Shown: positions 24,143 through 36,732, counted from the first letter of the whole stretch. The stretch: 63,762 nt of DNA, filler included, from Octopus bimaculoides (GCF_001194135.2; 7 parts of 7 records of this genome joined end to end with filler, not necessarily neighbours in it); one strand, 5' to 3'. The notes: generated from the letters alone by a model not told the origin. Translations and numbers: made by a program.

Positions 24143-24147
<5 letters not shown>
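24094..24147 (+). mobile_element. Continuation of the same RTE RT in opposite orientation
   Basis: QILAAVLQGDTLAPYLF is the RT motif (GVLQGD) that normally follows EFF. Confidence 0.8.
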
Positions 24148-24201
<54 letters not shown>

Positions 24202-24230
24202 TGTGTATTTCTTATAAAATGTGTGTGTGT

Positions 24231-24381
24231 GTGGTTGTGGTAAAGAAGCTTGCTTCCCACCTTCTCAACCATATGGTTCAGGGTTCAATCCCATGGTGTG
24301 GCACCTTGCACAAGTGTCTTCTACTACAACTTCGGGCCGATTAAAGCTTTGAGCAGATTTGGTAGACAGAAATGCAAAGAA
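24231..24381 (+). mobile_element. SINE family B, 5' module
   Basis: GTGGTTGTGGTAAAGAAGCTTGCTTCCC...GGGTTCAATCCCATGGTGTGGCACCTTGCACAAGTGTCTTC. Confidence 0.8.
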
Positions 24382-24489
24382 TGTGTGCGTGTGTGTGTGT
24401 GTGTGTGCGCGCGCGCGCGCGGGTGTGGGTGTATACAGTGAGAAAGAGAGAGATAGATACATATGTATATATATATATTATATAATATA

Positions 24490-24527
<38 letters not shown>

Positions 24528-25862
24528 GTATCTCTATGTATATATGTTTGTATAAAAACCTGCAACTATGCTTAAAATATGCTTATATATTATCAAACTG
24601 TAACCATTCGTTCATTTCTTCTTCTCATTCAGACAGTATGTAATGTCTTTGGGGTTCTTCTTTTGTACTTAATACGAATCGAGAGTGGAATTATGAATCC
24701 ATTTTGGTATATTGTTTCTGTGGACTTCGGGAAGTGTAAAACATATTCAAAAAGATTTATAAATAAAGGAAAGTAACTCCCAATTTATATCTTTTGAGTT
24801 ATTTCCCTTCCGTTACTAAAATTGACCAAATTTAAAGCGAGGCTTGAGTGTGTGCTAACGTTTGCTTCTCCGACCTCATGGTTCCAGATTCAGTTACATA
24901 GCGTTGAACCTTGGGCAAATGTTGCCTTCTACTAATAACCCTGGGTTGGCTAATGCCATGTGAGTGGTTCTTGCAGACGGAGACAGAAAGAAAACAGTCG
25001 TGTGCGTGTATGTGTGTGTGTGTGTGGTTTTTCCATTTTGCCATAATAAATTATCGTCGTTTATCATTCGTCCGTTTTCGTCATGTCATGTCTGCTCACT
25101 TATCTCAGTAGCTCTCTTACTGCTGACACCACCAAAATGGACAATCTTATCCCTTATAACGCAAAATTGTGATGATTTTTGCCGATTACTGATGAGAGAG
25201 GAACACGTACACATCTTACGTGTGGTTTCACCGTGTGTTCCTTTGCCGTTCTTTAGTGCAATTTGTTACCCTTTTTATTTAACGCAACGCCACGCGCCAT
25301 CTCCTCTCTTTCTCCACTCAGTGGCACCCCCATACAAAGGGTAATATTTGGTACGACATCTCTCTCTCTTTCTCTCCCTCGCTCTCTCCTTTGTCTAACT
25401 TTACTTTCTTATCACCTTACCTCTCTTTTATCTTGTGTCTACCCATTTCACTTTACTGTTCTCTCACCCCCACCATTTCTTTATTTTTCTGTGACTAGCG
25501 TAACTAGGTAGGGGGAAGGGGCGCCCCCCCCCCACCGGCGACACTTTTAAACGGGTGGCACGTTTGGGTCTGCTGTATGCAATATGTGTTTTTTTGTGGG
25601 GTCCAGAGTGGAAAACGGAAGGGCTGCCTCAAGCGGCACACACTCAAGCTACGCTGGTGTATTCTGTGTCCGTCTCCTTTATTCCTACAATTCCTTCTGT
25701 CTTCATCTGCATTTCTTTCTTTCTGTCAGCCCCGTGCCCCTTCCCACTTTACTTTGCTTCTATTTCTTCCACCTTCCAGTTCGGTCAACTATTTACAACC
25801 TTACCCTTCTCCTCTCCTCTCTCTCTCTCTCTCTCTCCCTTTCTGTCTCTCTCCCCTTTCCG

Positions 25863-25899
<37 letters not shown>

Positions 25900-26294
25900 A
25901 TATTTGTCTCTCCCTAACTTTCTCCAACCCTCTTTCATCTTTTCCTTCCCTTCCTCGCTTTCCTTTCCCCCACTCTCTGCTTTTCTATCTTCTCTTCACT
26001 ACCGTTTTTTTTTGCTTCCTGTCTCTCCCTCACTTATTGGCACCACGTAACCATCCTCTTTCTCCCTTCACCGATCTTTTTCCTGCTTGACCACTGACCT
26101 GTTCACTCATATGCTTTCAGCACCAGGTTCATCTAATTTTTCCACCTTTCATTTGATCCCCCTATCTATATTTTCATTTTCCTTTCTATCTCTACTTTCC
26201 TTTTGAAGTCCTATCGGACATTCTTTTCCATTAGTGTTACTTCTGCACATGTCTTGTCTTGATGCTGTCGCATAGCTGAAGGGCCTTTAAATGT

Positions 26295-26399
<105 letters not shown>

Positions 26400-27160
26400 G
26401 TCCCTTCTCAAATAGCTAGATGTCCTGTAAATTTGAAATCTTAATTGTTGATATGACATGGTATGTCATAAGTGTCTGTATATTGTCTTTATTGTCATTT
26501 TGATTATAAAATAAACAGATTAATCAACAGAATACAGTGTCTGTAAGTTGATGAGTACCCCTCCATTTTCTTATTGCTATATATATATATATATATTATA
26601 TATATACAAGAATTGTGTTGCTTTCCATTATGTTTTGTCCTTATTCTGTCATCGTTTAGCATTTCTTTTCGTCACCATCCTTTATATCCACACGCTTATC
26701 TTGACTGCGTTTTGCTCTTGACGCCACCAAAATGGACAATCTTATTCATAATGGGGCGAAACTGTGATGATCTTGGGCCGATAACTGATGAGGGATGAGG
26801 ATGTTTACTTCTTAAGCGCTTCTTTATTTTTCTCCCTGTGTTTTTTTATGGTCCTTCAGTGCATTTTTTCCTCTTGATATATATTTTTGGCACTTGATGT
26901 ACTGACTCCAAAGAAGAGATAGCATTTTTAATGGTGGTTCAGTTTTTCAATCGATCAATTGACCAATTGAGTAAACAGAACCATGAATGCACCCAAAACG
27001 CATATCAGAAGAGTTGCAAGTAAATAAATGTATGAAGCCTATTATTTATGATCTATCTTTTGTGTGTGTGTATATATGCATATGCGCATGTGTGTGCGTG
27101 TGCTTGCGTGTATTTATGTATGTATTTATGTATTTATGTTTGCATGAATATGTATGTATA

Positions 27161-27389
27161 TTCTTTTATTCTTTCACTTGTTTCAGTCATTTGACTGTGG
27201 CCATGATGGAGCACCGCCTTTAGTCAAACAAATTGATCCCAGGACTTATTCTTTGTAAGCCTAGTACTTATTCTGTCAGTTTTTTTTTTGCCGAACTGCT
27301 AAGTTACAGAGATGTAAACACACCAACACTGGTTGTCAAGTGATGGTGGGGGTCACACACACAAACATATACACTCATATATATACATG

Positions 27390-27428
<39 letters not shown>

Positions 27429-27545
27429 CGACAGACTTCTTTCAGTTCCGTCTATCAAATCCACTCACAAGGCTTTGGTCAGCCCAAGGCTATAGTAGAA
27501 GACACTTGCCCAAGGTGCCACGCAGTGGGAATGAACCCGGAACAT
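27161..27545 (-). mobile_element. SINE family B, both modules with central microsatellite
   Basis: 3' module 27161-27360, (CA)/(TA) 27357-27428, 5' module 27429-27545. Confidence 0.85.
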
Positions 27546-27945
27546 GCCAAAGCATGGCTGCAGTCCAATGCTTGACACAAATAAAAAAAATATAAACTAT
27601 ACAGAAAGGGTCTTAAGTTAATTAATGAAAGCTCTACTGCACCAGATGACAACTTACATTAATTAATGACACTCGTCAAAGATTCCACACAGTAAGATTG
27701 AACCCCAAATATTGTGATAGGGAAACAAACTTCTTACCATACAGCTAGCTTTCACCTATACTTAGACATTTTCAAACTATAATCATTCCTTCATTTCTTC
27801 TCTTCCAAGAAGGTATTCAATGTTTGTAGGATTCTTGTTCTATATTTAGTACGAAATAAGGCTGGGTATCTGAAACTGTTAATAGGTGCATATGTTTGTG
27901 TCTTTTGTTTCTGTGGACTCCAAAAATCTAAATCATGCACATATA

Positions 27946-27982
<37 letters not shown>

Positions 27983-28472
27983 TCCAAGAGAGTTAGGGAT
28001 TGAGGATTTAACCCACTAAGGGATAGTATCTATCGAATATACTGCTGGGAGGGTGCCCAATTATTGTTACACTAGTGTTATACCAAGTGCGATAAGTGGG
28101 TGCGGGTAAAAGGGTTTTTTTTTAACCCTAAATTTATATAACAATAAGAAAATGGAGGAGAATATGCGGTGCAAGTCGATGGGTACTGCATATTCTCCTC
28201 CATTTTCTCATTGCCATATCATCATCATCATCATCATCATCGTGCTGGAGCATTGTCGTTAAGGATTTTAGTTGAATAAAATTTGATTTCCAGGCCAAAA
28301 TGTAAAAATTTTTCATTGAAATTGGCATTCATTATAAATATATCATTCAAAATTTTTAACCACTTATTGGAAACGAACTCATGATCTTTATGTTTTTGTA
28401 ACATCCTGTGTTGTCCCATCTATGTTCAATCATGTGATCATAGTAAAGAATCAATCCCGGGTTGGTGATTGT

Positions 28473-28517
28473 CACGCACTGATGATGGGTTACTACCCAG
28501 AAACCTGGGTCCGTGTG
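28473..28517 (+). ncRNA. Type I hammerhead ribozyme motif, near intact
   Basis: Stem I CACGCA/CGTGTG (5 pairs, one A-C mismatch); CTGATGA 28479-85; stem II TGGGT/ACCCA with loop TACT; GAAA 28500-03; stem III ACC-TG-GGT; cleavage triplet GTC ending 28511. Confidence 0.7.
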
Positions 28518-28730
28518 TACCACGTCAGGCTAGAGACGGGAACAATGATTTCCCTTTGCAAATACTGACAGGGTACAGACAGTGTCATTAGCCAGCTGGA
28601 ATAGATATCTTCCTGGGGCTATAAACTACAGTAGCATCGTCCCATAAGGGTCAGCCACATTTAGGTGGCAAATATACTTCACAATGTCATGCTGCTACTG
28701 TTTATATCTCACTCAGAGTTTTATTATTGG

Positions 28731-28765
<35 letters not shown>

Positions 28766-28768
<3 letters not shown>

Positions 28769-28990
28769 TTTTAGCTTTTAACCTGACTAGATTTGGCCTA
28801 AATTTCCCACCTATTTTATGTCCAATCTGGCCAAACCTGGTGTCTCACACCTGTCCTACAATGTCATTGTAAAAATGAACAATCACGCCATTGAAATTTC
28901 AAAACTATGAGATAATGCATAATTAATTCAAAACAATGTGAATGAATAAGCATCACATTACATAGAGTAACCTGAATGCTAAAGGGCTAA
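28766..28990 (-). mobile_element. piggyBac-like MITE (TTAA-CCC termini family)
   Basis: Reverse complement of the 47698-47912 family; terminal AATGCTAAAGGG. Confidence 0.6.
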
Positions 28991-29130
28991 AGGGCTAAAG
29001 TCCTATTTGAGGCTTTGTCAGGAGACAGAAGTTAATAAATGAACCTTGTATGACTTCTTTGTAACAATAAAGCTATGCTGAATAACATACATTATAAATT
29101 TTATTTCTAATAAAACTATAGTCTCTTAGA

Positions 29131-29323
29131 GAGAGGATGAGGTACATCAATTGGAGAGAGGCTGAGGAACATCATTTGGTGAGAGGATGAGGAACAGGAA
29201 CAGGGGAGAGGATGAGGAACATCAATTGGGGAGAGGATGAGGAATAGAAACAGGAGAGAGGATGAGGAACAGGAACAGGGGAGATGTTGAGGAACATCAA
29301 TTGGAGAGAGGATGAGGAGCAGC
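29131..29323. repeat. 25-bp minisatellite with two variant unit types
   Basis: Seven full units of GAGAGGATGAGGAACA plus ATCAATTGG-type or AGGAACAGG-type ends. Confidence 0.9.
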
Positions 29324-30113
29324 AAATGACTGTGAACAAGTAAGATGAAAGCCTCACAGAATCAGCAAACCTTAATTAATAAAGAAGAAAACTCACTTGT
29401 CTGGAGATAAAAGAACAATGGTGAGCAGCAGGAATTTCAGCATTGATGGGCGTCTCAGGTACGTTGTTTTCCTACTTTGGTTCCAGGCAGAAATAAAACT
29501 TAGATAAATATAGAAAGTGCTGGAAATATCTGTGGCCCATAGAATATTCTTTTAAAACATGCTTCAGTCATTGGACTGCAGCCATGCTGGCTGCGGCTAA
29601 TGCCTTGAAGTGTTTTCGTCAAATAAATCAAACCCCAGGACTTATTTCTATCCTTTACCTTCTACTTGTTTCAGACTTTGAATTGTGGCCAAGCTGGAGC
29701 ACCAACTTGTAGGCTTTTAGTTGATGAGTGGTGGTGGAGGATAGCTATAAACTTAAATGATAAACATCCCACATACACAGACATATACATATATAAATAC
29801 ATACACACATGCGCACGCATGCACACACACACACGCACACAAACATGCTGTCAACTTTATCCTACCCTCCCTCTCTTCTATTTCTCTGTTCCTCCTCCCC
29901 ACATCTTTCACTTTCTCTCTCTCTCCCTCTCTCTCACTTTCACATCCTCTTATATAAATATATAAATGTACACATACATATGTACATAATAATGTACATA
30001 ATATACATACATATGTACATAATACATATGTACACATACATATGTACACATATATATGTACATACATATGTACATAATAATGTACATAATATATGTACAT
30101 ACATATATGTGTG

Positions 30114-30187
<74 letters not shown>

Positions 30188-30189
<2 letters not shown>

Positions 30190-30320
30190 GCCTTTGTAGT
30201 TTGCGAGTATTGCCATTGTGGAGTCGTATTTTGGTAGAAATAGTAGTTTTGGCTGCTATTTCTAATTTTCAGTGTGTGGTGAAGCAATGCCTGCTGAACC
30301 CTAAATTTTAATTATGTATA
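30188..30320. repeat. TA-anchored short interspersed repeat (same module at 50982-51084, 51195-51321, 54450-54566)
   Basis: TTGCCTTTGTAG...GGCTGCTATTTCTAATTTTCAGTGTGTGGTGAAGCAA..GCTGAACCCTAAATTTTAATTATG. Confidence 0.75.
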
Positions 30321-30330
30321 TATATATAGG

Positions 30331-30368
<38 letters not shown>

Positions 30369-30440
30369 CAGATTGATAGAAAGATAGATAGACATGTATA
30401 CATACATGTATAGACATATATATTTCTATAAATATATACA

Positions 30441-30643
30441 TGACATTCGTGCGGGTGACACGTAAAAGCACCCACTACACTCTCTGAGTGGTTGGCGTTA
30501 GAAAGGGCATCCAGCTGTAGAAACTCTGCCAAATCAGATTGGAGCCTGGTGTTGCCATTCGGTTTCACCAGTCCTCAGTCAAATCGTCCAACCCATGCTA
30601 GCATGGAAGGCGGACGTTAAACGATGATGATGATGATGATGAT
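30441..30643 (+). mobile_element. RTE-type LINE/SINE 3' tail ending in (GAT)n
   Basis: GGTGACACGTAAAAGCACC...CCAACCCATGCTAGCATGGAAGGCGGACGTTAAACGATGATGAT; same tail at 44130-44427 and 51806-52049. Confidence 0.7.
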
Positions 30644-30940
30644 ATACATACAAACAAGTAATGTTCATAGCCCTTCAACATGGCTGGCTGTTCGAACAGA
30701 CTATACTACGATTTTTTAACCCAAAGAGGACATCTCTTCTAGCTGGTTAATAATACACACTGTAAGCAGGGGAATGAACCACTATTACATTTTAGCAAGA
30801 GGACCAGTAGACCAGCTTGTTTTGGGGCTGTTTCTGCCTCTCTTCAGTACTGGGCACCTTGTCTGCTAGAGATGGCAGTAACTCCCTTCTGCTCGTAATG
30901 TATATATAATTTCAATCCAGAAAGTCTCAGATTTTGTAAC

Positions 30941-31207
30941 AAGCAAAAATGCCAGTTCTAAAATATCTGAGAGATCAATGCAGTTGTACTTGCAAGTAAT
31001 GTTCGTAGCTACTTCAACATGGCTCTCCGTTTGAATGGACTGTGTATTGTTAACTCGCTAGAGGAGATGTTGCTCGGGGTTAACAAATCACAGTGAAGTC
31101 CATTCAAACAGACGGCCATGTTGAAGTGGCTCGGCTCTGAACATTATTTCTTAGTGCAACTACTGCATTGATCTCTTAGAGAGGTGTTAGAACTACCATT
31201 TTTGCTT
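30941..31207. mobile_element. Foldback MITE with long TIRs (about 115-130 bp)
   Basis: AAGCAAAAATG..GTTCTAA..GAGATCAATGCAG..CTTCAACATGGC..GTTTGAATGGACT on the left; the reverse complement on the right ends CATTTTTGCTT. A partial extra arm lies at 30655-30725. Confidence 0.75.
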
Positions 31208-31230
31208 ATACATACATATATGTACATATG

Positions 31231-31263
<33 letters not shown>

Positions 31264-31538
31264 CCTGGAATGAGATAGAAGTTGTTTCCTGTTTGTTTAC
31301 AGATGAAACAACTTCTATCTCATCTGTAAACAAACAGGAAACAACTTCTATCTCATTCCAGGGTGAAAAACTAGAGGTAGTCGATAGCTTCCACTATCTG
31401 GGCGACCAAGTTAGTAGTGGGGGTGGGTGCGCTGAAAGTGTAGCTGCTAGAATAAGAATAGCCTGGGCAAAGTTTAGAGAGCTCTTACCCCTGCTGGCGA
31501 CAAAGGGACTCTCACTCAGAGTAAAAGGCAGACTGTAT
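31264..31538 (+). mobile_element. 5'-truncated RTE LINE (RT C-terminal region) with foldback at its 5' junction
   Basis: TSISFQGEKLEVVDSFHYLGDQVSSGGGCAESVAARIRIAWAKFRELLPLLATKGLSLRVKGRLY (YLG motif); runs into a gap. Confidence 0.85.
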
Positions 31539-31944
31539 GNNNNNNNNNNNNNNNNNNNNNNNNNNNNNNNNNNNNNNNNNNNNTTAATTAATTAANNNNN
31601 NNNNNNNNNNNNNNNNNNNNNNNNNNNNNNNNNNNNNNNATGTATGTATAGTATGTGTGCATGTTCACAGGCACACCCCTATATATTCAAACTCTATGCT
31701 TTACATAATGTTACTTTGAGTAAGTCTAGTGAAATTTGTACCTTCCAATAAATACAGCTTAATATATTTTCCAAATTTTTGTTTCCAAAACGACTCCCCC
31801 CCTCACTTACTCATTCACTCACTAACTCACTCACACACACACACACACACAGATTTATATATGACACATACTAACTGAACCTAGTTACACTTGTATATAT
31901 ATATATATATATATATATATGCATAAAGATATGGTATGTACAAA

Positions 31945-32190
31945 AACTGGCACTCCGTCGCTTAAAACGACAAGGGTTCCAGGTGATCCGATTCACAGAA
32001 CCTGAAATCGACGTGCAAGTGACTGAGCTCTTCACAGACACGTGTAACCCTTAACGTAGTTCTCATGGAAATTGAGCGTGACACAGAATGTGACAAGGAT
32101 GGCCTCTTGAAATACAGGCAGTACACCTTATTGGTAGCTGAGCGATGTAGAGCAACGTGAAATAAAGGCTCTTGCTCAAATACGCTAACC
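31945..32190 (-). mobile_element. SINE family C
   Basis: Reverse complement homologous to 7855-8086 (TTTGAGCAAGAGCCTTTATTTCACGTTGCTC...GAGAACTACGTTAAGGGTTACACGTGTCTGTG). Confidence 0.75.
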
Positions 32191-32361
32191 ACCTAATCCT
32201 TGCAGCTTCACTACATCCATGATGACCAACATACATTAGTAACCCATTTCAAATAAATATTCTAACGTAAACAATCCAAAAACGCGCTTAATTTAATCCT
32301 GCATAAGTTAAATAAATAACTCATAGATATGCTCAGACCCCAAAAAAATGTCATCTCCACC

Positions 32362-32366
32362 CCCTC

Positions 32367-32424
<58 letters not shown>

Positions 32425-32461
32425 ACCAACCAACCAACCAACCAACCTACCTACCTACCTA

Positions 32462-32550
<89 letters not shown>

Positions 32551-32580
32551 ATCTATCTATACCTATACATACATATACAT
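32362..32580. repeat. Compound (CT)n/(CTAT)n/(CAAC)n/(CTAC)n microsatellite
   Basis: Seen directly. Confidence 0.9.
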
Positions 32581-32813
32581 ATATAGATATATCTAACTTT
32601 ATCCAACAAAACACACACATACACACAAACACACAATTGTATGTAAACTTATATAACAGTATATAAAGGAACATGCTATATCGGACAAGTTATATGCGTA
32701 TATATAGGTATGCTTGCATGTATGTATGTATGTATGTATGTATGCATCCATGAATGCATGTATGTATGTATGTATGTATGTATGTATGTATGTATTGAAC
32801 GTGCATATATATA

Positions 32814-32998
32814 GGCACTGGTGTGGCTCTGTGGTATGAAGTTTGTCTCTCAACTAAGTGTGTCCGGGCTCAGTCCCACTGCCCGACGCCTTCCACAGGT
32901 GTCTTGTACCATAAATTCGGGACGATCAAAGCTTCAGGAAGTAGATTAAATGAAACCGAAAGCCCGTCGCATACATATGTGTATAAGTGTGTGCGTGC

Positions 32999-33055
<57 letters not shown>

Positions 33056-33280
33056 ATATGCATACATACATATATGCACTCACACATACAGAGATGCACA
33101 CGCGCGAGCACACACACACATGTTTATGTGTGTGTGTGTGACTTTTCGTTAGAGGTTCGGCAAATAGATACTGATGGAATACCTACCAGGCTTTAAAAGA
33201 AGAGTACTTTGTTCGACTACAGTCATTAATTCATTGCCCCATTATGACCGCAGACGAATATCTGAAACAGTAAACAAATT
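32814..33280 (+). mobile_element. SINE family B, both modules, degraded, with central microsatellites
   Basis: 5' module 32814-32972, microsatellites 32975-33140, decayed 3' module 33140-33280. Confidence 0.7.
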
Positions 33281-33289
33281 GATATATAA

Positions 33290-33334
<45 letters not shown>

Positions 33335-33351
33335 AAATAAATAAATGCGCC

Positions 33352-33539
33352 CTTTTAAAGTCTAGCCAGGCTCAAGGGCCCGGTTTCACGGTTTCAATGG
33401 CGTATGCGCCCCCCAGCTGGGCGGGACGCCAGTCCATCGCAGTGTTACTCATTTTTGCCAGCTGAGTGGACTGGAGCAACGTGAAATGAAGTGTTTTGCT
33501 CAGGAACACAACGCGTCGCCCCGGTCCAGGAATCGAAAC
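33352..33539 (-). mobile_element. SINE sharing the family C head with a different 3' part (family D)
   Basis: Minus strand: GTTTCGATTCCTGGACCGGGGCGACGCGTTGTGTTCCTGAGCAAAACACTTCATTTCACGTTGCTCCAGTCCACTCAGCTGGC; related copy at 47385-47600. Confidence 0.75.
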
Positions 33540-34485
33540 NNNNNNNNNNNNNNNNNNNNNNNNNNNNNNNNNNNNNNNNNNNNNNNNNNNNNNNNNNNNN
33601 NNNNNNNNNNNNNNNNNNNNNNNNNNNNNNNNNNNNNNNNNNNNNNNNNNNNNNNNNNNNNNNNNNNNNNNNNNNNNNNNNNNNNNNNNNNNNNNNNNNN
33701 NNNNNNNNNNNNNNNNNNNNNNNNNNNNNNNNNNNNNNNNNNNNNNNNNNNNNNNNNNNNNNNNNNNNNNNNNNNNNNNNNNNNNNNNNNNNNNNNNNNN
33801 NNNNNNNNNNNNTATATATATATATATATATATATGATATATATATATATATGATATATAAATGATATGTATATATGATATATATATATATATATAATAC
33901 ATATATATATATATTTATATATATTATATATATTTATAGTACATATCGTTGCTATTATGTTAAACTGACGTATGTCCAAATTTGGCCAAATGCGTCTTTT
34001 TCAATATTTAATTTTGTTTGCAATAGCAGGTTCTTTTGGTCAGATTATGGTATATCCAGCAGTTTCAGATGTCAAGATATGAAAATTGTCAAAGTGTAGT
34101 ACAACAGTTTAGAATTTTTCAAAAGTGTAGTAAGTCCCACATACAACAGTTTTGAAAAAATATTGCCTACTGAAAATATCACACATGCATGCAGCTACGA
34201 TTTTATGCACCCAACAAAGTATAATTGTTAAGCCGAAACTGTTGCTGATGTAAATGAAATGAAATGGAACGGTGAAACTGTTTTTTCGTTTTCTGAAAAA
34301 GCAACGTTTTGGAGTTACAACACTTTTGCATAATAGCAATGATATATATATTCTATGTGTGTGTGTGTGTGTGTGTGCGTGCGTGCGTGTGTGTGTATAT
34401 ATATATATATGTACGTATGTATATATGTGTACATATATATGTGTAAGTGTATGTGTGTGTATATATTTCTAAATATATATATTTG

Positions 34486-34558
<73 letters not shown>

Positions 34559-34807
34559 GTGTGTGTACGTGTGTGTGTATATATATGTATGTATATACTT
34601 TTATGTACATGTATATATGTATTTATACATGATATATATACCCCAAAACACACACACGTATACACAAGTAAAGTACCATAAGTGACTAAAGGACTGAGAG
34701 AATTCGTTCCTCGGACTTACCAAAATATTACGTGACACATTGTACTTCGGGCCCTTCATCCACTTATGTAGACTACAGCTAAATAACAGGCGAATATCTA
34801 CAACCAT

Positions 34808-34810
34808 ATG

Positions 34811-34842
<32 letters not shown>

Positions 34843-35170
34843 TGTATGTTTGTATGTATGTATGTATGTATGTATGTATGTATGTATGTGTGTGTGTATG
34901 TATGTATGCATGTGTGTGTGTGTGTGTGTGTGTGTGTATGCATGTATGTATGTGTGTATGTATGTATGTATGCATGTATGTATGTAGACATAAAGGCACG
35001 TGTAGTAAAAATAGAAGCACATCAATTATGTACTGGAATTACATAATTGTACTGAAACAATGTATTTATGTGTGTGTCTGTGTGTGTACGTGTATGTATG
35101 CATGCATGCATATATGTATGTATGTATGTCTGTATGTATGTCTGTATGTATGTCTGTATGTATGTATGTA
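34808..35170. repeat. (TATG)n/(TG)n compound microsatellite
   Basis: Seen directly. Confidence 0.9.
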
Positions 35171-35303
35171 TATATATAAATCACTATAAAAAAACATAAT
35201 TTCATTCTAAAGGAGACATTCTTTGTGTATGCATATGTGCGCGTGTCTTCCTCTGTGTGTGTATGTGTATACGTAAATGTATATGTCTATCTATCTATCT
35301 ATC

Positions 35304-35380
<77 letters not shown>

Positions 35381-35949
35381 NNNNNNNNNNNNNNNNNNNN
35401 NNNNNNNNNNNNNNNNNNNNNNNNNNNNNNNNNNNNNNNNNNNNNNNNNNNNNNNNNNNNNNNNNNNNNNNNNNNNNNNNNNNNNNNNNNNNNNNNNNNN
35501 NNNNNNNNNNNNNNNNNNNNNNNNNNNNNNNNNNNNNNNNNNNNNNNNNNNNNNNNNNNNNNNNNNNNNNNNNNNNNNNNNNNNNNNNNNNNNNNNNNNN
35601 NNNNNNNNNNNNNNNNNNNNNNNNNNNNNNNNNNNNNNNNNNNNNNNTATATATATATATATACATGTAAGTTCTATCTGAAATACACATTTATAAATTC
35701 TATCTGTAATATATATGCCTATATTCTATTCTGTAATATACATATATATACACACACACATAATTTTATATGTATATTTATATATATATATATATAGTTA
35801 CAAATATATAAAAACAGACATACATACAATTAGCTTACAAACACATATGTACATGTTCATATACGTGTTCGTGTGTACGTATACGTGCATGTATTTACAT
35901 ATATATGCACTTCATATATTTATATGTACACATGCCTTTGAGTTTCTTT

Positions 35950-36005
<56 letters not shown>

Positions 36006-36076
36006 AAAGAAACTCAAAGGCATACGTACGTATACATATAAAGTGCATATATATATATATATTTATACTTATATAC

Positions 36077-36198
<122 letters not shown>

Positions 36199-36640
36199 AC
36201 ATCAACCCTCACATACACATTAACACACACCAACACACCCATTCGTTCAAGATGTAACACATGCAACTATTTGTGTTTGCCTTTCTTTGTCCCATTCTTC
36301 CATTTTTTCTCTCTTATATTTACTGTCTATATTCTTTTATTCTTTTGCAGGTACTTGTCGCTGGACTGGGTGGGGCATACCGTGTGACCACCTCCAAGTG
36401 TACCGGCAGACGATCATATCGACTCCATTTTTTTTAGAGTCCGGTAGATATTTTATCGACTTTATACTTCGTGCGAATAGCTAAGTGTCAATGTGTCTAT
36501 TTGTATCTTTCTCTGTCTCTCTCGAATACATACATATATGCACCCCACCACATACATACATACATGCATACATACATATATACATACATACATATGTGCA
36601 TACATACATAAGTATATAATTTATATACTGTATATGCATA

Positions 36641-36730
<90 letters not shown>

Positions 36731-36732
36731 TA

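Noticed and set aside
28230-28300. Minus-strand LNDNAPAR resembling mariner HDNAPAH
   Set aside because: The DNA (GTGCTGGAGCATTGTCGTTAAGGATTTTAGTTGAA) matches the SINE family B 3' end; the peptide is coincidental.
29131-29323. CRISPR-like repeat-spacer appearance
   Set aside because: Eukaryotic context, 9-nt variable parts with only two states, and no cas genes.
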